Part shown: piece after piece, positions 23,001-33,279 of the stretch
Layout: each line of letters starts with the position of its first letter
Numbering within the stretch: position 1 is the stretch's first letter
Origin: Trypethelium eluteriae
Lineage: Eukaryota
Direction: 5' to 3'
Length of the DNA stretch: 42,586 nt
NCBI GenBank assembly: GCA_051942245.1
Contig: JAVECL010000150.1
Location: forward strand, 1 to 42,586
Program-made: the position numbers and the translations under genes
The notes under the pieces: generated by a model
Told to the model about the DNA's origin: nothing
Database searches by the model: none
Seen by the model: the letters and a program-made list of their open reading frames with translations, nothing else

Positions 23001-25445
23001 ATGCGATCTTTGAGTCCAAATTCTTACTCTTTCACCCCCGATCGTGTTCGGCAAATATTACGAGATGATCTGTATAAGGACGAGCGATATGGCAAACCGA
23101 CATTCGAATGTACTCGGACGGCTATTGAACATAGTCCTGGTGGTCCTACCAAATCTTTTGATCTACCAACAAGAAAGTTGAGAGCAGCCACGTGGGTACA
23201 CAATTACTGCTCACAAATTGCAGACCCAGAAACCCCCCTCTTGCGTCTCGATAGCGAGTTTTCAAAGCTTCTCCAGTGTTATTTTACGCTAAAGAGAGGC
23301 GAAGATGAGGACGAGGTGGTCTACCGTGCGTGTCACATACTTTCCAGACTTCCAGAGCTACCTCCTTCGTTCGAAGGACTTCCTCAAGGAATTCTAGACT
23401 CCTTGGACGAACGTCATTTCATAGGCCAGGCGAATCTTACGGGCCATCAAAAATGGAGAAATCTTCAGGCCGTTGCCTTTATTAGCACTAACGTAATCCG
23501 TATGGCCTTGATCAGCGTGCTCGACCCCGGTTCAGGAATGGATCTACACATATACGTTGGTACGATTTCTGAGCTTCTTCAGGTTCTCTGTGAAAACTCA
23601 AGGCACGAGGAACATTCGAGCGTACAGTTTCTTGTCAAAGCCTTCCTGTGGTCTGCTTGGCAGCGCTCCATAATGCTCTTTCTATCTTGTACACTTCATA
23701 TACACATGCGGAAAGGATATCGCATGGACTTCAATCACGAGCACTCGCTGCAATCTCCCCCTCTTTCTCCACAACTCGACGTTGAGATGCCTGACTACTT
23801 GTGTAGGTGGGCATACGAACTCCTTCGGACTGGCCCTTCTGCTGTTGGAGGGGATTTGAGGCGCTTTCACCAGCGGTACAGATCGTTATACGCTCAACGA
23901 CCACCGCGCTGCTGTGCCAATAACGCAGGCCTATATATCTCTTGCAATGGCAAAGCCGCCGAAAATTGTGGAAGATTTGTAGGTATGGTTATAGAAGATC
24001 AATCAACGCACCACCCATCTTGTGCGAAAACTTGCCCGCGACTATACTGGGACGAAGTATCCTATCAGAATGTCGATGGTGCGAGAGCAGTTTCAGTCAT
24101 TGAGGAAGTGAGTAACTGTCATCTTAGGTATGTTGCAGCATCAATTCGCACTATGGCAATCTCCCACGTCTGGAGCCACGGCCAGGGAGGTAGACCTGAA
24201 AAAGGGACTACGGGGTTTAACGCCTGCTTACACGATCGGTACTGCTCAATAGCTCGATCTTTTGGATGCGATTCGTACTGGATGGACACCCCCTGTATTC
24301 CTGGCCTTCATGAGAATATGGCACTTCGAAAGGAGGCCATTGATAAGATAAATGAAGTCTTCTCTGGGAGTAAAATTACCCTTATCTGCGATAGAGATCT
24401 TATGGAAATTGATGTCAATAATATGACGCTCGAACTTCAGGAGTCTATTCTCGCTACATTTCTTGTCTGTGATTGGAACGTCAGAGCCTGGACGCTCCTG
24501 GAAGCTATGCGAGGAACCGCAAAGCTCTATCTTCTTTTCAAAAACGATATTATCCTGTCATTCAACCAAATTCTGAAGACCGTCTATAGCGAAGGAAGCA
24601 TAGATATAGCCATCTTGTTTACAGAGACACCGCACCTCCTCCCGCGTCGGCCTATCTTCCGTCACAGTCATCTCCCTATCGATAGAGCTGCTTCCCTACT
24701 GAGTCACCGCTATGCTACGCGGGAAGACGATGAGGTGGTTATCTGGAGCCTGCTGTGCGATGAGAAAGCTTGTCATTCAGCGGAGGAGTTCTGGCGAAGT
24801 CGAATGAAGGGGACAGGTACCATCAGCACTGGATTTCTCATGTCGAGTGTTTCACGCGTGAAGGACTGTCTGGGCCTTACGTGGGCTCCGGTGAGACCTA
24901 ATCTTCACAAGGTATCAAGACACGTTCAAGAGAGATCTTTGCCGTCATCCTCTGGCTTTGGTGCCTTTGATGGTCAGGGCTCGGAGCGCGGGAACATCTT
25001 CGAAGATGGTCTCATTGCAACATGGTTAGTTCATTTTATCCAGCTTCCTGGGCTTCGATTCGACAGTCGAGCGTACCATTACGGTCTTGGCGGACCCCTA
25101 CATGGCCGATATCGTCGTGAACACGGTCCAACTGCGACCAGCAAGATTACGAACCGATTTCTAGATCGACTCGCATCGCCTCTGAGAAAACGTGACACAG
25201 TTAGGCAGATCAGCGAAATCGCAGATATGTACCTGCGAGGGCAACAGGTGGGCGCTTTATTGCGCCCGAAGACCATGATGCAGGGGGACGTTGCATTTGA
25301 GTATAGAGGCAAGGCAAACGGTCCTCTTGTGGCAGTCATTGGATCCACTGATAAGGGGATGTCTTGGTGTTGGAAGGGAATCTATGAGTGGAACGAAAGA
25401 GAACCTTTGCCCATGTTTGTTGATGAGAACATCCTCCTCACGTGA
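23001..25445 (+). CDS. HET-like domain protein, 814 aa, single exon, intact
   Basis: AISHVWSHGQGG, YWMDTPCIP, LRKEAIDKINEVF and DWNVRAWTLLEA are variant HET motifs; a Cys/His-rich segment precedes the domain. Confidence 0.8.
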   Translation: MRSLSPNSYSFTPDRVRQILRDDLYKDERYGKPTFECTRTAIEHSPGGPTKSFDLPTRKLRAATWVHNYCSQIADPETPLLRLDSEFSKLLQCYFTLKRGEDEDEVVYRACHILSRLPELPPSFEGLPQGILDSLDERHFIGQANLTGHQKWRNLQAVAFISTNVIRMALISVLDPGSGMDLHIYVGTISELLQVLCENSRHEEHSSVQFLVKAFLWSAWQRSIMLFLSCTLHIHMRKGYRMDFNHEHSLQSPPLSPQLDVEMPDYLCRWAYELLRTGPSAVGGDLRRFHQRYRSLYAQRPPRCCANNAGLYISCNGKAAENCGRFVGMVIEDQSTHHPSCAKTCPRLYWDEVSYQNVDGARAVSVIEEVSNCHLRYVAASIRTMAISHVWSHGQGGRPEKGTTGFNACLHDRYCSIARSFGCDSYWMDTPCIPGLHENMALRKEAIDKINEVFSGSKITLICDRDLMEIDVNNMTLELQESILATFLVCDWNVRAWTLLEAMRGTAKLYLLFKNDIILSFNQILKTVYSEGSIDIAILFTETPHLLPRRPIFRHSHLPIDRAASLLSHRYATREDDEVVIWSLLCDEKACHSAEEFWRSRMKGTGTISTGFLMSSVSRVKDCLGLTWAPVRPNLHKVSRHVQERSLPSSSGFGAFDGQGSERGNIFEDGLIATWLVHFIQLPGLRFDSRAYHYGLGGPLHGRYRREHGPTATSKITNRFLDRLASPLRKRDTVRQISEIADMYLRGQQVGALLRPKTMMQGDVAFEYRGKANGPLVAVIGSTDKGMSWCWKGIYEWNEREPLPMFVDENILLT

Positions 25446-26562
25446 GCATTGTAGATACCTGAATCTGGCAGATTGCTATGGGCTTGACTCGCTCTAACAC
25501 ATGCCCGCTAATCACCCTCTGAATCGCGTTCAACTCCACGATTTGGTGGTACGGTGTTTTACTGTAGCCAGCTTCTATCAAATTCTTCCCAAAATCCGAC
25601 GCCCAGCTTGTATTGGCCTGTGGAACTGGAAAGTCTAATTCTTCACCCTGAGTACCAACAGCTAGGCCAATCGTTCTACCTTTTACTTTGGGCCAAGATA
25701 GCGGTATTGAGCCTGATGTCGATCTCCCTGTAAGTACCATGGCATTGGCGCAACAAAGTCTAGGCTGGTAAATTCAAGTCTTGATGTAGTGTTCATTGAA
25801 GACGAATTCCTCGTGACATTCCCCTCCGAGCGAGTTGCAGAAGTCACCATCGAAGTAGTAGGGATGTACCTATTAAGCCGGTTAGAAATCTGGCTGACCA
25901 GCAGAATTTGCATCTTACCTAAGTCACCAAGAAACAATGGCTGGACTCAGCAATAAAGTTCTTAACTGGAGTGACGACTGGTCTATATATTTTCACAAAA
26001 TCAGAACACTTCAAATTTAGGCTTAGTCCATCTTTGTAGAAGTCTATAGCTGTAGGTAGGGGTTACAATAGGATGGGATTGGAGGCCCTTCATTGGGATG
26101 AGGATAGAATGAGTATTCAATAAACCTTGCCAATAATATGGGTTCTTAGTGGATCGATGAGCAAGTATGAAATCTGTATAATTGAATAAGATCAAGTATA
26201 TATGAGAGCAACATTGATATGGACGAGTATTAGTCAGTCCCTGCTGCCATGCCCATGCGATATTGATCTGACGTATCGTCTGGGCTACTCTTTTATGATG
26301 CCGAATAAAACAAACCCAAGGCTCATGTATATTTACGTAATAGATGTTGAATGTTATCCGGACGTAATTCTTCACACAGTCACCAATACAATTACTAACG
26401 CAGTTAAATTGGATTTTCTATATATGTACTTTAGTAAAACATGCTTCAAAGTTCAATCCAAATTTTCTTTCTCCTCGCCAATACACCTGTCCATTGACTC
26501 CACAAAAGAAAACATTCGTTTTACACACATTCCTTTTTTTGTATGTACGCTGCTGCTTTTCG

Positions 26563-27445
26563 CTACAAACCCGACTTATACATCCCAGGATGAAAGAAAA
26601 TAAATATATAAACAGCAATTATGATCGGTGCGAATTCCAAGCTCCCAAATATTGCCTCATGCGTAGAAAGGAAGTGGAGAAGGCCTTGTGCTGTTTCGGC
26701 AAGTCGGATAATAGTTCGAATATACACCAAGATGGCAGCAACCAGAGTAGCGGCTGCAAAGCTCCTTAAGAAAGTTGGGAATATTTTTCTTGAACTGTAG
26801 AAGAAGGTAGAATAACAGAAGATGAAAACTGTAAATGCGATTGTTTGAAATGCCAAGCCAGCAAGTAGGATTTTGTTGGGAACATTCGGGTCTCCGCCAT
26901 TCGAGTATCTCGAGCCGACCAATCCCGCCCCGAGAACTTGGATGATGGTCGCAACGACGTCACAGGTGATGAATATCCAGAGTAGAAGTCGTGGTGGTAG
27001 TTGCGAATGTTTTTGGCCGACCCAGTTAATCATTACTGAGAGGATGCTGTATATGGCTGCGGAGTAGAAGACCGGTGCAACAACTATGCAAAAGTATTGC
27101 CCAACGAAGTAAGACACTGAATAGGGATTGATCTTCGAGGCTAGGATCCGAAAGATATATCCAATGATCTCCATAACTGTGCCGACTATCATGGTACTAA
27201 AGTACCATGTCTGGTACCGGAATAGGAGCCGCAGGTGCATTCCTAGCGCGAGTGCGAAGAGCAAAACCCCTAAAATGCCAAGGGTGAGCGATGGAACATA
27301 GCTATGAAATTATTAGCATATAAATGTATAAATTGAGTCGAAGTCCAAACCCAAATATGATGATGCAAGCTGAACCGTTTCCATCCGGTCTAGGCCACTT
27401 GGGATCAACGTAGCCAGTGATATGAGAACAGTCCTTTGAAACCAT
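26563..27445 (-). CDS. RTA1-like seven-TM protein, 277 aa; exons 27445-27351, 27301-26563
   Basis: Intron 27350-27302 gives IIFGYVPSL; EIIGYIFR, VVAPVFYSAAIY, FITCDVVATIIQVLG, LLAGLAFQ, IRTIIRLAETAQG, HEAIF. Confidence 0.9.
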
Positions 27446-28461
27446 TGCAATTGAAATAATGGAGATAAGGACCAGAGCTTGGTGATGAAATGCCTCACAG
27501 GTGGCGGTGCACTAGAGATGTAATGAAATAACAAAACGTAACTTCACGAACAAGCTGGACTGCTTCGAGCCGATTGAATATACTGCAATCTTTAATATGT
27601 GAGCAAAAGTTCGACGCGTCACGCCAAGACTTGTTGTGTGCCTTGCTCCGCATTCCGGTTGGTGGTGCGGAGACTATATAAGCTCCGACGGCTTCGAGAC
27701 GGACGTTATAGACGGTGCTCGGACATTAGAGTAACGTAGGCTGACTGAGCTTCAATGGGTTAAGACAAAGCCGAAATTTTAGCGATAGCCGTTCCTAAGA
27801 CATTGTACGAATTCCAGAAGACGCCACGTCTTGAAATGGACTTCCCGTCCTGAAAACGCACGGTGTAGAGGCATGCAGTTGCTGTAAGAGGCCCTGCAAA
27901 CATTTTAATCCTTCACAAAACCTTGTACGGCTCCTTAACCACAACATTCGAATGAGAGGCAAAGCACATTCTCCAGAAATGATGAACCGAGCTCATCGCC
28001 GCCCAATAGCTGGTACGTCGCCAGGTTCCTGGTTCACATCCTTATATATTTCGCATCGACAAAGCTTGGAGTCAATGTGGTTACTGACTTAGCAACTGGC
28101 AATCACAACTCTCCCTATCTTGTCATGTGCTGTAACCACAATACATTGAATATGCATATAGCGGCCATCATTCAAGGAAAAAGTAACCTCACATAAAATC
28201 CATTCTTGCTTTAGGGCGTGAGTTACGTAAGGGTATAACGCGAGTGCAGAGTCAGCAACCTGAGCTGTCATTAAGCTATGCTGAGCCACACGGAGCAAGA
28301 CCTAAGCTGCCGTGAGGCAAGACAAGCGCAGCCTTGGCCAGCGTGATGAAACCTAAGTGGTGTCTGAATTAAGGATACCCTACCCAAATTAGATCAGGAG
28401 GGGCCCAATTCATGTTGAAAGATCAACCTGAATCCATCAATAGCAGGCCTAGTGCACCTAT

Positions 28462-29151
28462 CTAAGTGGTGACGCCATACTTAATATCATTGGGATCTAA
28501 CTCAAACATCTGCGCACCATCATCATCGTCTCCAATCTCGACCTGGCCGCCCTGACTATCCCCCTGATGATGCCCACTTTGACACTGACTCATGACCAGA
28601 AAATCGAAAGCATGCTGGCACATCTGCTTCGTCAACGGTGGCGGATTATCCCCTTTCGGCTGCATATTGAAGTTGATGATGTCCATCCCGCTGTCCACGG
28701 GGTCCTGCGCTTGCGGGCTGTTCTGTCACACCGTCCAGGCGCCGTTGATGAGGCGTCCGGCCGTGAAGGAGGAGAGGAACGAGTCACAGGTAGAGGAGAT
28801 GTACGTTTTGGCGACGTTGCTGGCGAGCCACTTCCCGGATCCGTAGCATGCGGCTTTGCTGGTCAGCCCGGAGATCTAACCCACATCGGCCCATGAGCCG
28901 AGGCCATCGCGTTTGGTTGGCTTGGAGAGGGAGGAGAGGGCGGCTTCCTGCTGGTGTGGGAAGATAGTGGTGGTGCGGCCATGCGTGTGGTTCTTCCAGG
29001 TGAGGGCGCCTTGTTTTTCGAGTTCTATGATTATGTCGCTAACGCGCTGCAGAGACGGGCCGGAGGTAGTGTTGCTAACGTGAGGGGCAGCAGTGGTGAG
29101 GGTCGCTGTGGCGAGGGTAAGGGCAGTAAGGAGTACTTGTGAGAGGTACAT
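28462..29151 (-). pseudogene. Intronless paralog of the secreted protein at 2175-2972 with two in-frame stops (TAG 28878-28876, TGA 28728-28726)
   Basis: One continuous frame: signal peptide, PTKR, DVG*ISGLTSKAACYGSG...C...WTV*QNS...C...C..GDSQGGQVEIGDD...DPND. Confidence 0.85.
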
Positions 29152-29640
29152 AGTTGAAGATAGGAAAGAGAATTAATTGGAATTGCAATGTATAACCTCT
29201 GAAAGGGAGTGAGAAACACAAAATTAGGAAGGCAAAAAGGCTCGTGGAAGATGCAGAGAGTCCAGCTCAATCCAGATGAGGGAGTAGATGAAGTGATGGA
29301 GCTCTAAGGAGAGAGAAATATCAAGCATTCTTATATCAAGGGTTTCTATACTGGACTAAGAAGAAGGCAGAGGATGTTCCTTAGATTGCGTAGATTGAAC
29401 GGAAATCGATCCGTTCTGCACAAGCTCAATGACGTTTGTTCCAAGCTACTTTGCCGATGATCCCCTCCCATTTCAATGCTACTTCCCGTTCCTTGCCTTT
29501 TTTTACCTTTCATGCCTTCTCTGCAGTGCAAAAGTGACGACATGTAGGGGTAAATACGCAGATCCACTTTTCGTTCCTGGGTACGTACGACGGTGTCAAA
29601 GGCGAAGCCAGACCCTTCACTATATCTCAAATCTGTCCTT

Positions 29641-29777
29641 TGTTGGAACGTGAAGCGAAATGCATGTGGAGTCGATGGTAGGAAGCTAAGTGCTCGGAGA
29701 GCAGCAGAAGACTATGTATGCTGCAGGATAGTCCCAATAGGGAAATCCCCACCACACACCAAATGCTACTGCCAATA
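29641..29777 (+). repeat. Diverged non-coding direct repeat, copy 1
   Basis: TGTTGGAACGTGAAGCGAAATGCATGTGGAGT...GAAGCTA...GGAAATCCCCAC...AATGCTACTGCCAATA, collinear with 32443-32572. Confidence 0.85.
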
Positions 29778-30736
29778 TTCAACATCCTTCAGGGCGGATC
29801 CATGTATTCGAGTGGATCTACAGGGGAATTCTATTGATGATATAGTCTGGACGAATCGGAAGCACTCCAAGCTTTGCAACAAGTACGTTGATGTGAATAT
29901 CTGGGTGTTGGTGTTACCAAAGAGATAAGGTTTGAGGCCTCTCTGCGGATTGATCAGCTGAAAAAATGTGCTCATGTTATGCAAACTGTCAATTTGAGGT
30001 GCAGGGTGAGATTATGATCCATTTTCCATGCAATAGACTGGAGGAGGTAGACTATCGGGTGTGTCGGATGCAGCATGCAGCTCGCCGCCCGAAAGCAACA
30101 CATGCCCACATGCTTCAACCTTGCTGGGCTTCAGTGCCATCTAGCAATCCAGCTGCTGACATGCATGACCTGCTCCTTGTTGGTTCAAACTAAACTGCAC
30201 CAGTAGCCTTCCATTGCCTAAATTGGTCTACTGGATCTGTTTTAAAGCCTCTTGATGATCTGATTTTGATCAGAATCTCAACCGAAGATGGCATTGTACT
30301 TTGCACCCATTTTATCTACAGATCTACGATGCGGGTGTCCTCCAACATCTTGCCCCTTCCAACCTTGTCGCCAGTCTTTGTTCGGTCTGCTGATCTCTAT
30401 GCTTAGACTGTGCTTGAAATTTAAGTGCATCATCGTTCGTGGATAAATACAAATGATTTATAATTAGTCTTGCAGAAGCTATCCCAGCGTAGTAAGATGC
30501 TCAATGCTTATGAACATCCTTGTGAATAATCCAAGCCCAATGGTAATCACCAGGATCCTAGAATTCGCCTTTGGCCTAGCACTCATTGGCACCTAGCTCA
30601 AGAACTTTCATCACATAGCGTTATTCGACCTCCGTTAACCGTACTCAGATCCAGACGCAAAGTGAAAAATGGATCTTCTGCCATCATCCTCTTGTTCAGA
30701 TCGAGGCCCTAACTCGAACATAACCTTCCCAATATC

Positions 30737-32083
30737 TTATTCTTTGTAGGTAACCGTCCCTTCAATATCTGCATCCTTACAAAGCCGGCCAACAAGATTA
30801 GGATCATTCTCAGTCCAGAAAGCATCTTCGCAATTGTTTCGACCAGTCCACACCACAAGATCGAATCGTTCTAGCAGTGGGACATACAAGCGTAGGTGGG
30901 GTATCCAGCTGCAGAGGCAGCTATCGAGAAGTACTGCCTTCCATTCGAAAGTCACCCACTCTGAGAGATCATTGGAGAGACACAGGTAGCGTAGGTTTGG
31001 AGGAAGAGTTCGAGGAAGGGCGTCAGTAAGAGTGGGATTATTTGATGGAAAGAAGCCAAGAAGCATCACCAGAGGCAGTCGCAGACGAGTGAGAGACGCG
31101 AAGGCCGTCAGAGGGCCCAGCCTACCCTCAATCCCATAAAATATCCGATTTTGCCTTTCATTCCATCGATTTCCGCCAGGATTCTCGCCGTCTGCCCAGC
31201 TCAGACTGAGCTCTAGATCCTCCAAGGTCGAAGAGACGTGAAGTAGGGCATATAATAGCCTTTCCATTGACAAGTGCTCTTGTAGATTGTATCCTTGCGC
31301 TTTGTCCCGGTCTTCGTAAAAGCTGAAGAAAAGCCGTCTCAACTGAGGTGTCTTGGAAAGTATCTTTGCTAGGTCGGCAGGATCTAACAAAGTTTCCCTG
31401 AGGTATATTGTGGTGAGAGATGGAGCTAATGGTAGATTCTCGAGCTCCGGTTGCATAAGTTGAGTAGGTGGAAATATAATATGCATCTGCTCTATTGTCG
31501 GGAGGTGGAAGAGTTTTGTAACGAGCAATGGATCAACAGAGCTAAGCTCATACAGCCACGAATCTCCGTACAAATCGTTATCATCATCTATGAATTCGAC
31601 GATGTGGAGCGAGTCGAAGCTCTTGTCGACCTGCAAAGAAAGAGCAGCAAAGTGCATGCCCAGTCCTAAGTGTCGCAAACCTTTGAAGCGCGAAATCAGC
31701 GATACGTACTTGGCATCTAAATTGCTGTTCGAAGGCTGGATGAGCCAAGGCTCAGCTGTGGAATCTTGATTTGCGTGACCGGCAGCATGTGCGTCGTGGT
31801 TCCCGGTCGTGGAAAGAACATTAGGCTTCGGTCCTTTGAGTTCTAGTGAATCAACACTTCTTGCAAGACCTGGTTGGGCCTCGAGTGCGTCAAAAATGCC
31901 TGCGATGTAAAGCCGTCCTTGGACATTTGTATGCTGCTTTAGTATAATATGTCGAAACAGACGTCTGCGAGCAAATGGTAAAAGGGATTTGCAGGAAAGA
32001 CAAAGACTGGATAGGTCGGAGGAAGGAAGTAGCTCGAGGATAATCTCGACAAGCCGCTCATCAAGATCCAATAGGCTAAGCAT
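30737..32083 (-). CDS. F-box protein with LRR-like C-terminus, 448 aa
   Basis: N-terminal LLDLDERLVEIILELLPSSDLSSLCLSCKSLLPFARRRLF (F-box-like); repeated LxxLxL strands (LRHLGL, LTTIYL, LRRLFF, LEDLEL, LTRLRL, LRYLCL). Confidence 0.8.
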   Translation of the reverse strand: MLSLLDLDERLVEIILELLPSSDLSSLCLSCKSLLPFARRRLFRHIILKQHTNVQGRLYIAGIFDALEAQPGLARSVDSLELKGPKPNVLSTTGNHDAHAAGHANQDSTAEPWLIQPSNSNLDAKYVSLISRFKGLRHLGLGMHFAALSLQVDKSFDSLHIVEFIDDDNDLYGDSWLYELSSVDPLLVTKLFHLPTIEQMHIIFPPTQLMQPELENLPLAPSLTTIYLRETLLDPADLAKILSKTPQLRRLFFSFYEDRDKAQGYNLQEHLSMERLLYALLHVSSTLEDLELSLSWADGENPGGNRWNERQNRIFYGIEGRLGPLTAFASLTRLRLPLVMLLGFFPSNNPTLTDALPRTLPPNLRYLCLSNDLSEWVTFEWKAVLLDSCLCSWIPHLRLYVPLLERFDLVVWTGRNNCEDAFWTENDPNLVGRLCKDADIEGTVTYKE

Positions 32084-32442
32084 AATGAAGAGCTGCAGAT
32101 GGCCGCAAGTCTGTAGATAGTCGCAAATCGAACAACTGTAGTGCAAAAGAGGAAAATCTCAGACTGCTCTATCAAATTGTAGACAGAACAGGACCTGCTG
32201 CGGCTATTATTGTGACTTTTCTAAGATCAAATCGCCGGGATGCTCCGACGCTTACGTTGAATGTGCAATTTTGTTTTGGCAGTATCCCAATTTACCAAGG
32301 TATCGTAGCCCTCGAACTGAATAAGTGGAAACCCCTGCCAAGAGGTAAAACAGCTTCCATCACTTTGGCGTCACTGCGCGTCAGGCGAACGCCCCATTGC
32401 CTGGAAATTTCGCAACATTAGTGCACGAGGAACTTGGCAAGC

Positions 32443-32572
32443 TGTTGGAACATGAAGCGAAAGTGCATGTGGAGTTAATTGTAAGAAGCTAGGTTCGGAG
32501 GAGCGAGAGACAGAGTATCTATGCCCTACGCTAGTACAAATAAGGAAATCCCCACTAATGCTACTGCCAATA
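32443..32572 (+). repeat. Diverged non-coding direct repeat, copy 2
   Basis: TGTTGGAACATGAAGCGAAAGTGCATGTGGAGT...GAAGCTA...GGAAATCCCCAC.AATGCTACTGCCAATA, collinear with 29641-29777. Confidence 0.85.
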
Positions 32573-33279
32573 GGTATTCAGCACAAGTCACGTCATCAAT
32601 GGGCTGACGCTTGTTGGATGGAACGAAGATCAAGCCGTTCTTTTGCGAGGTGGAAAAGGCTGATACTCGCATCGAGGCTGAAGTTGCAGCTGATCGGTGA
32701 GTTCTACTTTAAGACCAAGCCGCAGCTGGCTTGACATCTTGGTTTCCAAAAGCCGTATCATGCCGCTTGAATCCTCCTCGCGATCGACCGATCCATCGCG
32801 CCTCGCCAAATGTGCATATAAAAGCTGATGGGAAACTATCGCCTTGCTCACGAGGCGAGATCACCTTGTGTGTCCTCGCATATAAACAACTGTCCACTAA
32901 TAGGCATACTCATTTGACAGACTCAAGGGCTGGGCTCCAGAAATCGAGTATGTGGCATGATAATGATACTGATGCGAATATATTGTCCCGAGCTAGAGGT
33001 TGCAAGGGGCGATCTGATAGGCATTGAGCAGTGTTGGTAGAGACGCAGAACCTAGATGCTCTTACTACAGTATCTATCGCTTTATTGCCTTATGTCTATG
33101 CTTTCGAAAGTAATCCAGGCCACCATAGGCGCTTTTCCTAAGGGTGCAGGGCTCTTAGAATCTACGCGCATGGCGGCTGATGCTATAAGACTTCTATCTC
33201 TTCTTGCAGTTCTGGCTAGCCATCGTTTCTCCCCTTCTTCATTTGCATTCTTGCTCAGGCTGGTCCTGCAACGTAAGCA

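Noticed and set aside
25438..26560. Minus-strand fragments (YFDGDFCNSLGGECHEEF..., with a GTAAGA..TAG intron-like segment) and AT-rich ORFs
   Set aside because: Stops in all frames and no coherent gene model; at most a relic.
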